IMG/VR virus record: IMGVR_UViG_3300030098_005108
Span: 1 to 59,532 of that record
From: a virus
Lineage: Duplodnaviria > Caudoviricetes
Direction: 5' to 3' (one strand)
Length of the DNA stretch: 59,532 bases
A program made the position numbers and the translations under genes. The first letter of the stretch is position 1, and each line of letters begins with the position of its first letter. Below are positions 1 through 9,400 of the stretch, piece after piece. The notes under the pieces are model-generated. The model was not told the DNA's origin and did not search any database. It saw nothing but the letters and a program-made list of their open reading frames with translations.

Positions 1-309
1 AATAGATTTTTCTTCTTCCAAACTGCAGATAACGACTGTATGGCTGTAGCTGTTTCTCAAATTAGAAGTATTGAGAATGATGGTGATGGTTCTGTACATG
101 TTAGTTTTGAAAACGCTGGTGCCGCTGGTGGTGTTATTGGTGTTGCAGAAATGACTGTTACTGATGGTAAAGAAGATGACGTTGTAAAAGAGATTGCTCG
201 TTTATGCGCTGAAGGTAATAATTCTGTAATAACAATTGCTGATGATATTAAATCACAATATTGTCATGCGGATATTACTGCTTTAGGTACTATTACGCCT
301 GGATCGTAA
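1..309 (+). CDS. Hypothetical (probably virion) protein, 5'-truncated by window edge
   Basis: Frame is open from position 1 (NRFFFFQTADNDC-MAVAV...), so the true start probably lies upstream; TAA at 307-309. Confidence 0.6.
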   Translation, partial: NRFFFFQTADNDCMAVAVSQIRSIENDGDGSVHVSFENAGAAGGVIGVAEMTVTDGKEDDVVKEIARLCAEGNNSVITIADDIKSQYCHADITALGTITPGS

Positions 310-324
310 TCTAATTAATTAATT

Positions 325-413
325 GGTATACCTAGAACATTTTGCTTAGCTAGGATACCTTAGTGAATAACTTGGTAGAAGGGGGGTTAAAAATAAAAAG
401 CCCCCCAAATACC
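325..413 (+). other. Two intergenic hairpins
   Basis: GGTATACCTAG/CTAGGATACC (325-359) and GGGGGG/CCCCCC (381-406) with outer GGTA/TACC. Confidence 0.5.
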
Positions 414-430
414 GTAAAAAAAATAAAAAA

Positions 431-949
431 ATGGCAATAAAATTTGATTTTAACAAAATGAGAACAGCTGTTACTGGCTGGTTAACTGGTACTGATGTAA
501 CTGGTACTGCGTTGACTGCTGGAGAGCAAGCTGTGTATGTTCCAAAACTAAAACAAGCAATGCCGCTTAAGCATGTTAGCGCTGCTACAACACTTTATGC
601 AAGTGATTCAGGTAGTGTTATAATGATTAACCAGGCTGCTGCTTATGCAATTACATTACCTAATGCTGCTGATGCGGGAGAAGGGTGGAATGCAACTTTT
701 ATTTTAGGAACTGTAGCGTCTAACGCTGTAACTATAGAAGCTACTGCTGGTGATGGTGACAATATTCATGGTCATGGTATTGACGGTGAAGATGGGGCTG
801 CACAAACAGTAACTGAAGGTACTGGGGTAGATGTTATTACTATCATATCTGGTGCTACTAAAGGTGATCGTGTAAGTTTAATATGTGATGGTGTAAGCTA
901 TTATGTATTCTCACTTGCTGCTGATAAAGCTCATATCACACTTACTTAA
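431..949 (+). CDS. Putative head/tail fibre-tip or decoration protein
   Basis: TL-ASDSG...AITLP-A...GD-V-LICDG-SYYV pattern typical of small beta-sandwich fibre domains; structural block. Confidence 0.55.
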   Translation: MAIKFDFNKMRTAVTGWLTGTDVTGTALTAGEQAVYVPKLKQAMPLKHVSAATTLYASDSGSVIMINQAAAYAITLPNAADAGEGWNATFILGTVASNAVTIEATAGDGDNIHGHGIDGEDGAAQTVTEGTGVDVITIISGATKGDRVSLICDGVSYYVFSLAADKAHITLT

Positions 950-962
950 TAGTAATTAATTT

Positions 963-998
963 AGAGTTTCGGGGGAGCTTCGGTTCCCCCAAAATTCT
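963..998 (+). terminator. Stable C(UUCG)G hairpin; terminator or processing site
   Basis: GGGGGAGC-TTCG-GTTCCCCC with an extended AT stem; no clean U-tract directly after it. Confidence 0.55.
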
Positions 999-1006
999 TA
1001 TCTTTG
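999..1006 (+). promoter_or_regulatory. Bacteroidota sigma-A -7 element TAnnTTTG
   Basis: TATCTTTG 4 nt before the ATG at 1011. Confidence 0.65.
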
Positions 1007-1010
1007 TAAA

Positions 1011-1211
1011 ATGAGAACAAAATTAGTAGTAAGAGACGGAAAGGTAGTAGAACTAAAAGAAGATGAATTGGTAGCAAAACCAAGTCCGCAAGTATTTTCA
1101 ATAGGAGGTAGATCTGGATTTAAATGGAAAAAAGAATCTGCTAACAAAACTTGGATAGAAAACGGCAATATAGTAAAAGAAAAAAAAGGAGGAAAAGTGC
1201 ACAACAAATAA
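1011..1211 (+). CDS. Small basic hypothetical protein (66 aa)
   Basis: ORF after promoter motif, co-oriented, Lys-rich. Confidence 0.65.
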   Translation: MRTKLVVRDGKVVELKEDELVAKPSPQVFSIGGRSGFKWKKESANKTWIENGNIVKEKKGGKVHNK

Positions 1212-1239
1212 CAGGGAGTATTAACTAAAAAGAAAGAAA

Positions 1240-2025
1240 ATGAAAAAACACATTGTATTAATCAAATCAAAAAAACCTGAAAAATTTAATTACTGTAAAT
1301 TTGGTAATTATAAAGACAAACAGGGAAGAAATGTAAATTTAGTAGATATTAATGATCAAATGACAGATGGCTATGAAATGTTTCAGGCTGTTGTGTCTTT
1401 AGATATTAATCAAAAACAAGACAAGAGAATTTACGAGTTTCTAAAAGACCATCCATTATTGAATGGTAAATTTATTATTGAGGATTTAAGAGCAAATGAA
1501 GAGAAGAATGCCGAAGGTGCTTTAAAAAGTGCAGAGGCAATTACTAAAGCTACAGACTTATCTATAAACGCTATGAAGGATTTAGCTATATTAATAGGTA
1601 TAGATTCTGATATAGAAGACACTATGTTAAAGGCTAAGATTATTCAATTTGCTAATAACACTCCAGATAAATTTTTATCGCTAACAAATGATATAGATCA
1701 AGAATATAGAATATTCTTAAAGAAAGCTGTAGCTAAAAATGTATTAACTAAAGTTAATGGTGTTTGGAAGCATGGCTCTATTAATATTGGATTAGCAGAT
1801 GATCAAGCAATTGTTTGGTTAAAAGAAAATGCAGATATTTATGCTTTACTTAGAAGACAATTAAGAACTGGTAAACCAGCTGTAGAAGTAGAAGAGGTTC
1901 CTGTAGTTGAAGAGGTGGCTGTTGAAGAAACAGCTCAACCACAAACTATGTCTACTAGTACTATTAGCCAACTAGAAAATGAACCTGCTAAACCTAAAGG
2001 ATGGTTTGGTAATAAGAAAAAGTAA
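1240..2025 (+). CDS. Conserved crAss-like capsid-module protein of unknown function
   Basis: 261-aa helical protein directly before the ring genes; acidic low-complexity C-terminus. Confidence 0.55.
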   Translation: MKKHIVLIKSKKPEKFNYCKFGNYKDKQGRNVNLVDINDQMTDGYEMFQAVVSLDINQKQDKRIYEFLKDHPLLNGKFIIEDLRANEEKNAEGALKSAEAITKATDLSINAMKDLAILIGIDSDIEDTMLKAKIIQFANNTPDKFLSLTNDIDQEYRIFLKKAVAKNVLTKVNGVWKHGSINIGLADDQAIVWLKENADIYALLRRQLRTGKPAVEVEEVPVVEEVAVEETAQPQTMSTSTISQLENEPAKPKGWFGNKKK

Positions 2026-2032
2026 ATAATAT

Positions 2033-2788
2033 ATGAATTTAGACGAGGCTTATGATTTAATGGATTTGCTTTTAGATAAAGCAGATCAGCCTTATTTTAC
2101 CACTGAAGAGAAAAACGATTTCTTAAGCTTAGCTATAGCTGATTTTGTTAATTTTCATTATCAAAAAATGACTGCTGATGAAGATTCAAGAAGAGCTATG
2201 GCTGCCCTGATAGACTGGAATAGTTTTAGTCTTAGCGGTACAGAAATTCTAGCGGGGACTACTTTTGCAGATAAATATGACGATTCAACATCAAATGATG
2301 ACAAAGGATTTTTTAAATATGGGTCTCAGTATATATTACCAAAAAATCATTTATATGTGTTATCTATAGCAGTAGATACTTATAATAGGGGTGATATTAT
2401 TGATTCTAGCGGGGATCCATATCCTGGGGTTACAGCAAGCGATATAGTTTATAAAAAAGGGACTAGTTTAAAAAATAAATCTACAAGAGAGTTTTATGAA
2501 GATGCATATAGTGACGATCCTTTTAATAATACTAAGGATGGAAAAAACAGGTCTTGGCAGTATATTGAAAATAGATTAACCTTTAGCAATGGGACGAGTA
2601 TATCTTATATAAATATACAGACAATAACACTGCCTACTACAGACAGGGCTTTTAGTGATGAAACTTATGATAGCTCAAGCTCTCCTGCTTCAAGAGTTTT
2701 TAACGAACATTATCAAAAACAAATAGTAGAAATAGCCGTAAGTAAAATGACAAAAGTTGATGTAGGCCTAATGACGCCACCATCATAA
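2033..2788 (+). CDS. Tail ring (head-tail connector) protein
   Basis: N-terminal LLLDK...F-TEEK-DFL-LA and C-terminal F-EH...IVEIAV helices typical of crAss ring/P22 gp4-like proteins; position. Confidence 0.65.
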   Translation: MNLDEAYDLMDLLLDKADQPYFTTEEKNDFLSLAIADFVNFHYQKMTADEDSRRAMAALIDWNSFSLSGTEILAGTTFADKYDDSTSNDDKGFFKYGSQYILPKNHLYVLSIAVDTYNRGDIIDSSGDPYPGVTASDIVYKKGTSLKNKSTREFYEDAYSDDPFNNTKDGKNRSWQYIENRLTFSNGTSISYINIQTITLPTTDRAFSDETYDSSSSPASRVFNEHYQKQIVEIAVSKMTKVDVGLMTPPS

Positions 2789-2830
2789 CGAATGATATTT
2801 GAAGAGAGTTCTTTTGCTCCCTGCTGCAAG

Positions 2831-2872
2831 AATAGGTTAAGACTAGAAATAGTTAAGGCCTATTTTTGTTTT
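2831..2872 (+). terminator. Intrinsic terminator
   Basis: AATAGGTT..GACTA-GAAA-TAGTT..GGCCTATT followed by TTTGTTTT. Confidence 0.7.
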
Positions 2873-2888
2873 ATACAGAAAATTTAAC

Positions 2889-2896
2889 TAATTTTG
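2889..2896 (+). promoter_or_regulatory. Bacteroidota -7 promoter element
   Basis: TAATTTTG after the terminator and before the ATG at 2918. Confidence 0.6.
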
Positions 2897-2917
2897 TAAC
2901 TACCTAAAATACGCCTA

Positions 2918-4009
2918 ATGATTACATTAAATGAAATAGCTTATAATATTAAAAACCTTGCGTATGGAGGTAAGAATAGCACAGAAAATAATATTAATAT
3001 TCTTCAAGTAAAACACTGGATACATTATCATAGAGCAAAACTTATTGCTGATAATATTGATAAAGGCATAACAAATAATCAGGCGCTATATCAATCTATG
3101 TCTTTAACGGCTAAAAACTCAACATCTAGTACTATTAAAAATTTTTATGATGATTGGCATGCTTATGATATGGGGTGGTCTTCATCATCTCCAACAATAT
3201 CTGGAGAGCTTTTATCAAATTACCCTAGAACGTCTTCGTCTGGCAGAGAAAAACTAAGCGGAGAGTGGCTGGCTCATTCAAGTTTATCCATAGATTCAGA
3301 CGGGAATGAACAATCATGGCAAGACGCCCAATCTAGAAGTCAATATGGAGACGAAATACACTCTTCACAAGTAAGGGGTGATTTTAGAAATTTTGGATGG
3401 CAACAATTTTGGACACCAAGACCACTTCAATTAAAAAATGATGAAGGAATTAAAAAAGTAACTTTAAACAGATATGCCCACTTTCCTGATGATCCCTTAA
3501 CTGTTGACGATGAACAGGGGGGTTCTTTTGCATCAAGAGGAATAAGAATATATCGTCAAGATCACGATTATGCTGAATATAATAAATTTACAAACACTAG
3601 TAAGCCATATTATAGCCAATATACATCAAGAATAGACAGAGACGATGGTTATGGGAATTACAATTATATATTTTTTGGAGGACTACAAGTGTCTCCTAAT
3701 TATCACGGAGGACTAAAAGATCCTGCAAATAAAAAAATGTTTTGGAAATATAGAGCGGCCGCCTCTATGATATTAGAAAATCCTACAGAAATTGATATGA
3801 TGGGCGGATTTTGGTATGAACCCGAAACAAATTGGGATGATAACACAACTCCTTATCCTATTCCTATGGAATATGTAAGCGATTTAATTCAAAGGGTTAT
3901 TCAGGTGGAAATACAAACAGAATTAAAAACAATGCCAGATGTAGTAACAGACGGTATAGATGATATAACAAAATTAAAAGCACAAGGTGGGGCACAAGCA
4001 CAAAGATAA
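2918..4009 (+). CDS. Tail ring protein
   Basis: MITLNEIAY...WI-Y-RAKLI N-terminus and ENP...D...YPIP...I C-terminal motifs of crAss ring proteins. Confidence 0.65.
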   Translation: MITLNEIAYNIKNLAYGGKNSTENNINILQVKHWIHYHRAKLIADNIDKGITNNQALYQSMSLTAKNSTSSTIKNFYDDWHAYDMGWSSSSPTISGELLSNYPRTSSSGREKLSGEWLAHSSLSIDSDGNEQSWQDAQSRSQYGDEIHSSQVRGDFRNFGWQQFWTPRPLQLKNDEGIKKVTLNRYAHFPDDPLTVDDEQGGSFASRGIRIYRQDHDYAEYNKFTNTSKPYYSQYTSRIDRDDGYGNYNYIFFGGLQVSPNYHGGLKDPANKKMFWKYRAAASMILENPTEIDMMGGFWYEPETNWDDNTTPYPIPMEYVSDLIQRVIQVEIQTELKTMPDVVTDGIDDITKLKAQGGAQAQR

Positions 4010-4421
4010 GTACATATCCATAAGGGATATTTATAAAAACATAAGAAAGGCTTTTGATAAATACTTTCTTTTTTGTAAAGAGAGAGAACGTAAAGTATAT
4101 AAAAGTATTGATTATACATTATATTATAGTATAATAAAAAGATTTTTTGAGATACTTATAAGAGATGTTGTAGAAAGAGATCGTCAAGTGTACTTGCCTA
4201 ATCAAATGGGGTATATATATTTGGACGAAAAGCCTCATAGGAGAGCGTTTCATATAAGGGTGGATAATGAAGCTACAAAAGAGACAGGAGAAACAGTTTT
4301 TTATAAAGTTCCTATTTTAGATGACTTTTATAAAAAGCTAGTTTGGGTGAGGCCAACAAAATATAGGAATTGTAAAATAATGCCTTTAAGGTATTCAAAA
4401 GAAATTATAAATAAAAATTAA
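3987..4421 (+). CDS. IHF/HU-like DNA-binding protein
   Basis: Y-SII-RFF..LI..V......LP-QMG-I pattern; basic; syntenic with the IHF-like gene of crAss tail modules; GTG start. Confidence 0.6.
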   Translation: MGHKHKDKYISIRDIYKNIRKAFDKYFLFCKERERKVYKSIDYTLYYSIIKRFFEILIRDVVERDRQVYLPNQMGYIYLDEKPHRRAFHIRVDNEATKETGETVFYKVPILDDFYKKLVWVRPTKYRNCKIMPLRYSKEIINKN

Positions 4422-4427
4422 AAAATT

Positions 4428-4892
4428 ATGGCAGATACTGATTTAAATGCGGCAACGCTGACAGTAACAATAACAGAAGCTTTGGCTGTGGGGCATGATA
4501 ATGGATCTACAGATAGTTTAGATTTTGCTCAAACATATACACATACTTTTGGTAGTATTATAAATACATCTAAAAGAATTATAAAATTAGCAAATACAAA
4601 TTTAACTGAAGTGGCTACTTTTGGTAGTGATACGGCAGATGGTGCTTTTGTAAGAGCTGACGTAAGATATATTAGAGTGACTAATTTAGACGGTACAGAT
4701 GCTTTACAAGTAGGTTTAGATGATGAGGCTTCTGATGCCGCTTACACATCTGTAGCCGCAAACAGTAGTATTATGTATACAGGAACTACGTGCGAAGGAG
4801 GTAATGGCGGTACTACTTTAGATAATGCAACAGCCTTAAAAGTAAAAGGAGTTGCTAATCATCAATTAGAAGTATTTATTGCTTCTGTATAA
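4428..4892 (+). CDS. Small beta-rich virion protein (paralogue of 41061 and 41467)
   Basis: Thr/Ala/Asp-rich; VRYIRVTNLD motif shared with 41061 (FIYVRNLD) and 41467 (FIKNVD). Confidence 0.55.
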   Translation: MADTDLNAATLTVTITEALAVGHDNGSTDSLDFAQTYTHTFGSIINTSKRIIKLANTNLTEVATFGSDTADGAFVRADVRYIRVTNLDGTDALQVGLDDEASDAAYTSVAANSSIMYTGTTCEGGNGGTTLDNATALKVKGVANHQLEVFIASV

Positions 4893-4903
4893 AATAAATA
4901 ATT

Positions 4904-6421
4904 ATGCATATACAGGTAGATAGGGTTTTTACAACTGTGGCTAGAAATTTAGGACTAAAAGATTTTTCTAGATATACAAATAATTGGATAGAGTGGTCTT
5001 ATGAGGCCGAAAAACTGATAGGCAGCAGAGATACATTTGTTCAAAAAGAAGCCACATATGATGCTTCTGGAGCTCAAGCCACAGGAACAATAACACTTTC
5101 AGCCAATCCAACATCTGGAGATTCTATCACATTAAATGGTGTAAAATTATATTTTAGAAATTCTACAGATCTTGGCGAGGCTAAGTCTCCTAATGAAATA
5201 AAAATAGGAAGCACCTTACTAGAAACATTTGATAGTGATGTTGCTCATTTTGGCTTAATGCAAAGCCTAACAGGGTTTAAACAAGTATATCAGGAAACAG
5301 GAACATATACAAATGCAGCAATATTTAGCTATCCAGAAGCATTAAATGTAGCTGATTATAGTTTAACTCAGACCACTACTGGTGATGATTTAGCAACCAA
5401 TGGAGATTTTAGTGTTACAACTGGGTGGAATAATGGAAGCAATGGATGTGTTATAGCATCAGGAGAAGCAACCGTTACTATAGATGGATCTGGTACACAC
5501 GCATATCTTCAACAAAGTATATCTTTTGTAAGTGGAACAGATTATGTGATTACCTTCAAGGCAAAAGGAAGTGCCACAAACGACATAAGAGTTCAAGATA
5601 ATGGTAGTAATACTGGTGGATTATTGGCAGCCTCTACTACAACAACTTTAACAACTAGTTTTGTAGAATATGAATATCGCTTTACAGCAAATTCAAATTC
5701 AAACACTATAATTATTTCTAGAAATACCGCTTCTCAAGTAAGTTGGAATTTTACTATTGATAATGTAGTAATAAAAGCTATTGATACTATATCTTTAAAT
5801 ATTACATCAAAAGAAATAGGGCCAAGGGGTAATGAGTATACGTTATCTTCAGATAGCGCAAACGCAAAGGTTAACGGATTAACGCTTACAGGAGGGAAGG
5901 GGATTTATAGAAACCAACAAATAACCTTGCCTGAAAATAATATTAAAGTATTAGGCGTTAGAGTTGGTACTGATGATTCTGACTATGAGCATGCTGCTAT
6001 TAAGAAAACCTCAGCTGTTCATAGAGGAAGGGTTGGTAAAACAACAGACGATTCTGAACAAAAAGCATTTAGATATTATATAAATGGTAATAGATTAAAT
6101 ATTCAACATGACAGTTTAGATGAGATTACTATTGTTTATTTAGCTTATCCTACAGATCTAAGGGGCTGGCCTAAAATTAAAGAAGGTCATGAAACAGCAG
6201 TAGCTCAATATATAATGTGGCAAATGAAATTAATAGAATTTTATAATGGCAAATTACCACAGTATATAACTAAAGAATTAGAAAAGAGATGGTACTTTTT
6301 ATGCGGAAAGGCTAGAGGAGATGATAGCATGCCTACATCTGAAGAATTAAAACAAATAGGAAATATGTGGAATACATTAGTCCCTGTTACAAATGATAGA
6401 AGCAGTTTAATAGATTTCTAG
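4904..6421 (+). CDS. Tail tubular/ring protein with inserted accessory and CBM-like domains
   Basis: Ring N-terminus (IEW-YEA-KLIG) and C-terminus (YYI-GNRL...IVYLAYPTD-RGWP-I); internal NGDF...W...IDNV carbohydrate-binding-like module; directly precedes muzzle. Confidence 0.7.
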   Translation: MHIQVDRVFTTVARNLGLKDFSRYTNNWIEWSYEAEKLIGSRDTFVQKEATYDASGAQATGTITLSANPTSGDSITLNGVKLYFRNSTDLGEAKSPNEIKIGSTLLETFDSDVAHFGLMQSLTGFKQVYQETGTYTNAAIFSYPEALNVADYSLTQTTTGDDLATNGDFSVTTGWNNGSNGCVIASGEATVTIDGSGTHAYLQQSISFVSGTDYVITFKAKGSATNDIRVQDNGSNTGGLLAASTTTTLTTSFVEYEYRFTANSNSNTIIISRNTASQVSWNFTIDNVVIKAIDTISLNITSKEIGPRGNEYTLSSDSANAKVNGLTLTGGKGIYRNQQITLPENNIKVLGVRVGTDDSDYEHAAIKKTSAVHRGRVGKTTDDSEQKAFRYYINGNRLNIQHDSLDEITIVYLAYPTDLRGWPKIKEGHETAVAQYIMWQMKLIEFYNGKLPQYITKELEKRWYFLCGKARGDDSMPTSEELKQIGNMWNTLVPVTNDRSSLIDF

Positions 6422-6422
6422 A

Positions 6423-9400
6423 ATGGCTAAAAAAAATAAAGGAAAACAAACACCTCCTCCTCAACAAGGGATTTCAAAACCAGAAAGTTTTACTCATGGA
6501 ATGGTTAGCGATCTTGACCCTCACTTTCAATTAAGTGGTAGTTATTCTGATGCTCAAAATATTAGGTTAACAAATTCAGAGGGAGATACATTTACTGTAG
6601 AAAATATAGAGGGCAATAGTTTGTTTGTTGATTTAGCAAGCTATCCTATATCTTCTCTTCCAGATCAAGGTGCCGCTACTAATTATCCAACATTTCGCGA
6701 TAGAGGCCCTGATGCGGGCAATATATCTGCAAACCCAAGATTAGATAATAGGTCTTCTATTGTAGGTCATGTTTCTTATGCAAATCAATTGCTATTGATG
6801 ATAGTTGCTAGATCCGAATATGATAGAAATTTTAAATTAAGCTCTTCGGATGTACTTGATATTTTAGAAAAAGACAGAACTATATTTTTAATGGTTGATT
6901 TTGACCATGAGTTTAAAATTAAAAAAGTTACAGATTTAAGGGTTTGTTATAATACTTCAGGGTATCAATATCCAGATTTAAACATGGATTTAGACACTCC
7001 TGTGAGAATAGAAAATATTGTTGAAAACGATAGTATTTCCAGAATATATTGGACAGATAATAAAAATCCATTAAGAACATTAAATATAAAGCAACCAGAA
7101 CTGCATAGACTAGAAGTAAGCTCTTTAAATATAACCCCTTTAATGTCTCCGTCTCAGGCTGTTTTAAGCGCAACACTATCTGGCTCGCTTCCTGTAGGTG
7201 TTTATCAATATACATATAAATATATATCTGAAAATGGAGGGGAGTCTACATTTGGCCCTTTAAGTAATATGTATCATGTTTCAGATCAGTCTTTTGGAAG
7301 CTCTACTTCATATGCTGGAGGCCCTAAAGGCAATTTAGGAACACAAGGATTCCAAATAGATGTTAAAGATATAGATGATAGATTTAGTCATGTAGAATTA
7401 TATTCATTGTTTTATGATGAAAGAAATAGCCCCCCAAGAGTTTCTGTTGTTTCAAGAAATCAAGTAGCAGGAGCAACCTCTACATTTCAACATATTAGTT
7501 GGAATAATGAAGTAGAGAATGGGTTAGAGGAGGTATTAATAGAATCAAATACATTTGATGTTTGTAAAGACATAGCAATAAAAGATAATATTTTATTTGC
7601 AGCAAATCTAAGGCAAAAAAGAAATTTTATTTCAGAAAAAGAATGGAATGTAAAAGTTTTAAGATGGAGAATTAGAGAGGCGAGTGGTGGATTATTGGAT
7701 GCTATGCTTACTACAAGTGATCCTGAAATAAAACACTATCAATTAGATGCTAATAATGACCCAGTACCAATTAATTCTGGAGCTTATGATTATGATACAA
7801 AAGATGATAATGATCATCGCTGTGGATACGGTGAAGTATTAGGAGATCCAAATGGAATGTTTCCAGCTATAGCCCCTCGTGAGTTTTTAAATTGGGATGG
7901 AAATCTTAACGTTCCATTGTGGACAACAGCAATATCAAACCAAAGAACAGCAAATGGAGGCTCTTCAACTTATTCCACTCATTGGACTTATAAATATCTT
8001 TCAGACAGAATGACAGTAGGAGCTGAAAGCTTTAATTATGTTACTAATGGCCTAGGGGGTTGTCGTGTTTCTTTTGGTGTAGAGGAAAAAATTGCAGACA
8101 TATCACAAAACGCATGGAACTCTCCTTTTGTTTCTTCAACCTCTAAGGGAGAAGAATTAATAACTGAATTTTATACAACAAACGATACAGGGCCTTATAA
8201 TGTTTCAGGATCAGAAGCCCAGCCCTCAGGAAACACCACGTTTAAAACATCTATGTCTTTAGGGGGGTCAAAAGATCCTCATTTATCTGGAAATACAAGA
8301 GGGTATCAAAGAGGAGAGATTTATAGATTTGGAGTTCAAATATATGATTTAAATGGAGCTCCAGGAAATGTATTGTGGATTGGAGATATAGAAACTCCTC
8401 ACCAGTATGATGTGATGAGAATGATTAATATAAAAAATAAATCACATTATGATTCAAATTACAGATACACTCCTTTTAGACCAACACATTATACGTCAGG
8501 AAGTGTTCAAAGTTTAACAGAAACCACTAATATTTTATCTCATCATAAAATAAGTGACCACAGACTTTCTTTTGTATATGGACATACTGTTCCTCCTGTA
8601 GATGTAGAGTGGTTTTCTGGGAGGCTATCGTCTACTTATAAAAACTTAGATGCATATGTACGAGATAATGGCTCTCAGAGAACTTTTTTGCCTAATAATG
8701 GAAGTGATAGAACACAAACTCTTGATGGGGCTAAGGGCTTGGCAAGAGCTGTGCCTGGATATACAAATTCTAATGGTGAATCTAATGGAGGGCCCTCTGT
8801 AGGTCCACATGATGACACCCATTATTTATTTGATTTATATGTTTCTTTTGAATTTATAATTCCTGATGAGGTTTGTAAAAAAATATCTGGATTTAGAGTA
8901 GTGAGATCTGAGAGAACAGAAGAGGATAGAAGAATTATACAGCAAGGATTATTAAATCAAACAGCTCAATATGGCCATGCAAAATTAGGTCAAAAATACG
9001 GATATTCTACTGCTAGATTTTCACAAAAAGATAATGAAGCATTTGGAGACGATCCAGTTTTTGTTAACGAATGGAATGATGGAGAATCATCAAGCGATCC
9101 AGATCCTACTCTGCCAGAACAGCCAGAATATAATGTTTATTTAAATGGATATTTAGGCTTAGCTGAAAACTCTTATATGGCTTTTTGGAATGATGGAGTT
9201 TCAAATGGAAAGGTAACTACAGGCGGCTCTAGCGATTCAGATGGAAAAGTGTTTTGGTGGCCAGAAAGAGAAGACAAGAAAAAGCATTTAACTGGAGGAG
9301 CTGGTTATCCTAGAGGTATAGGACCTAATGCTGGTTCTTATGGTGGGCCAGGAACTTACGGAGAGCATTTTAGACATTGTGGATATTTTGGCAGTTATGA

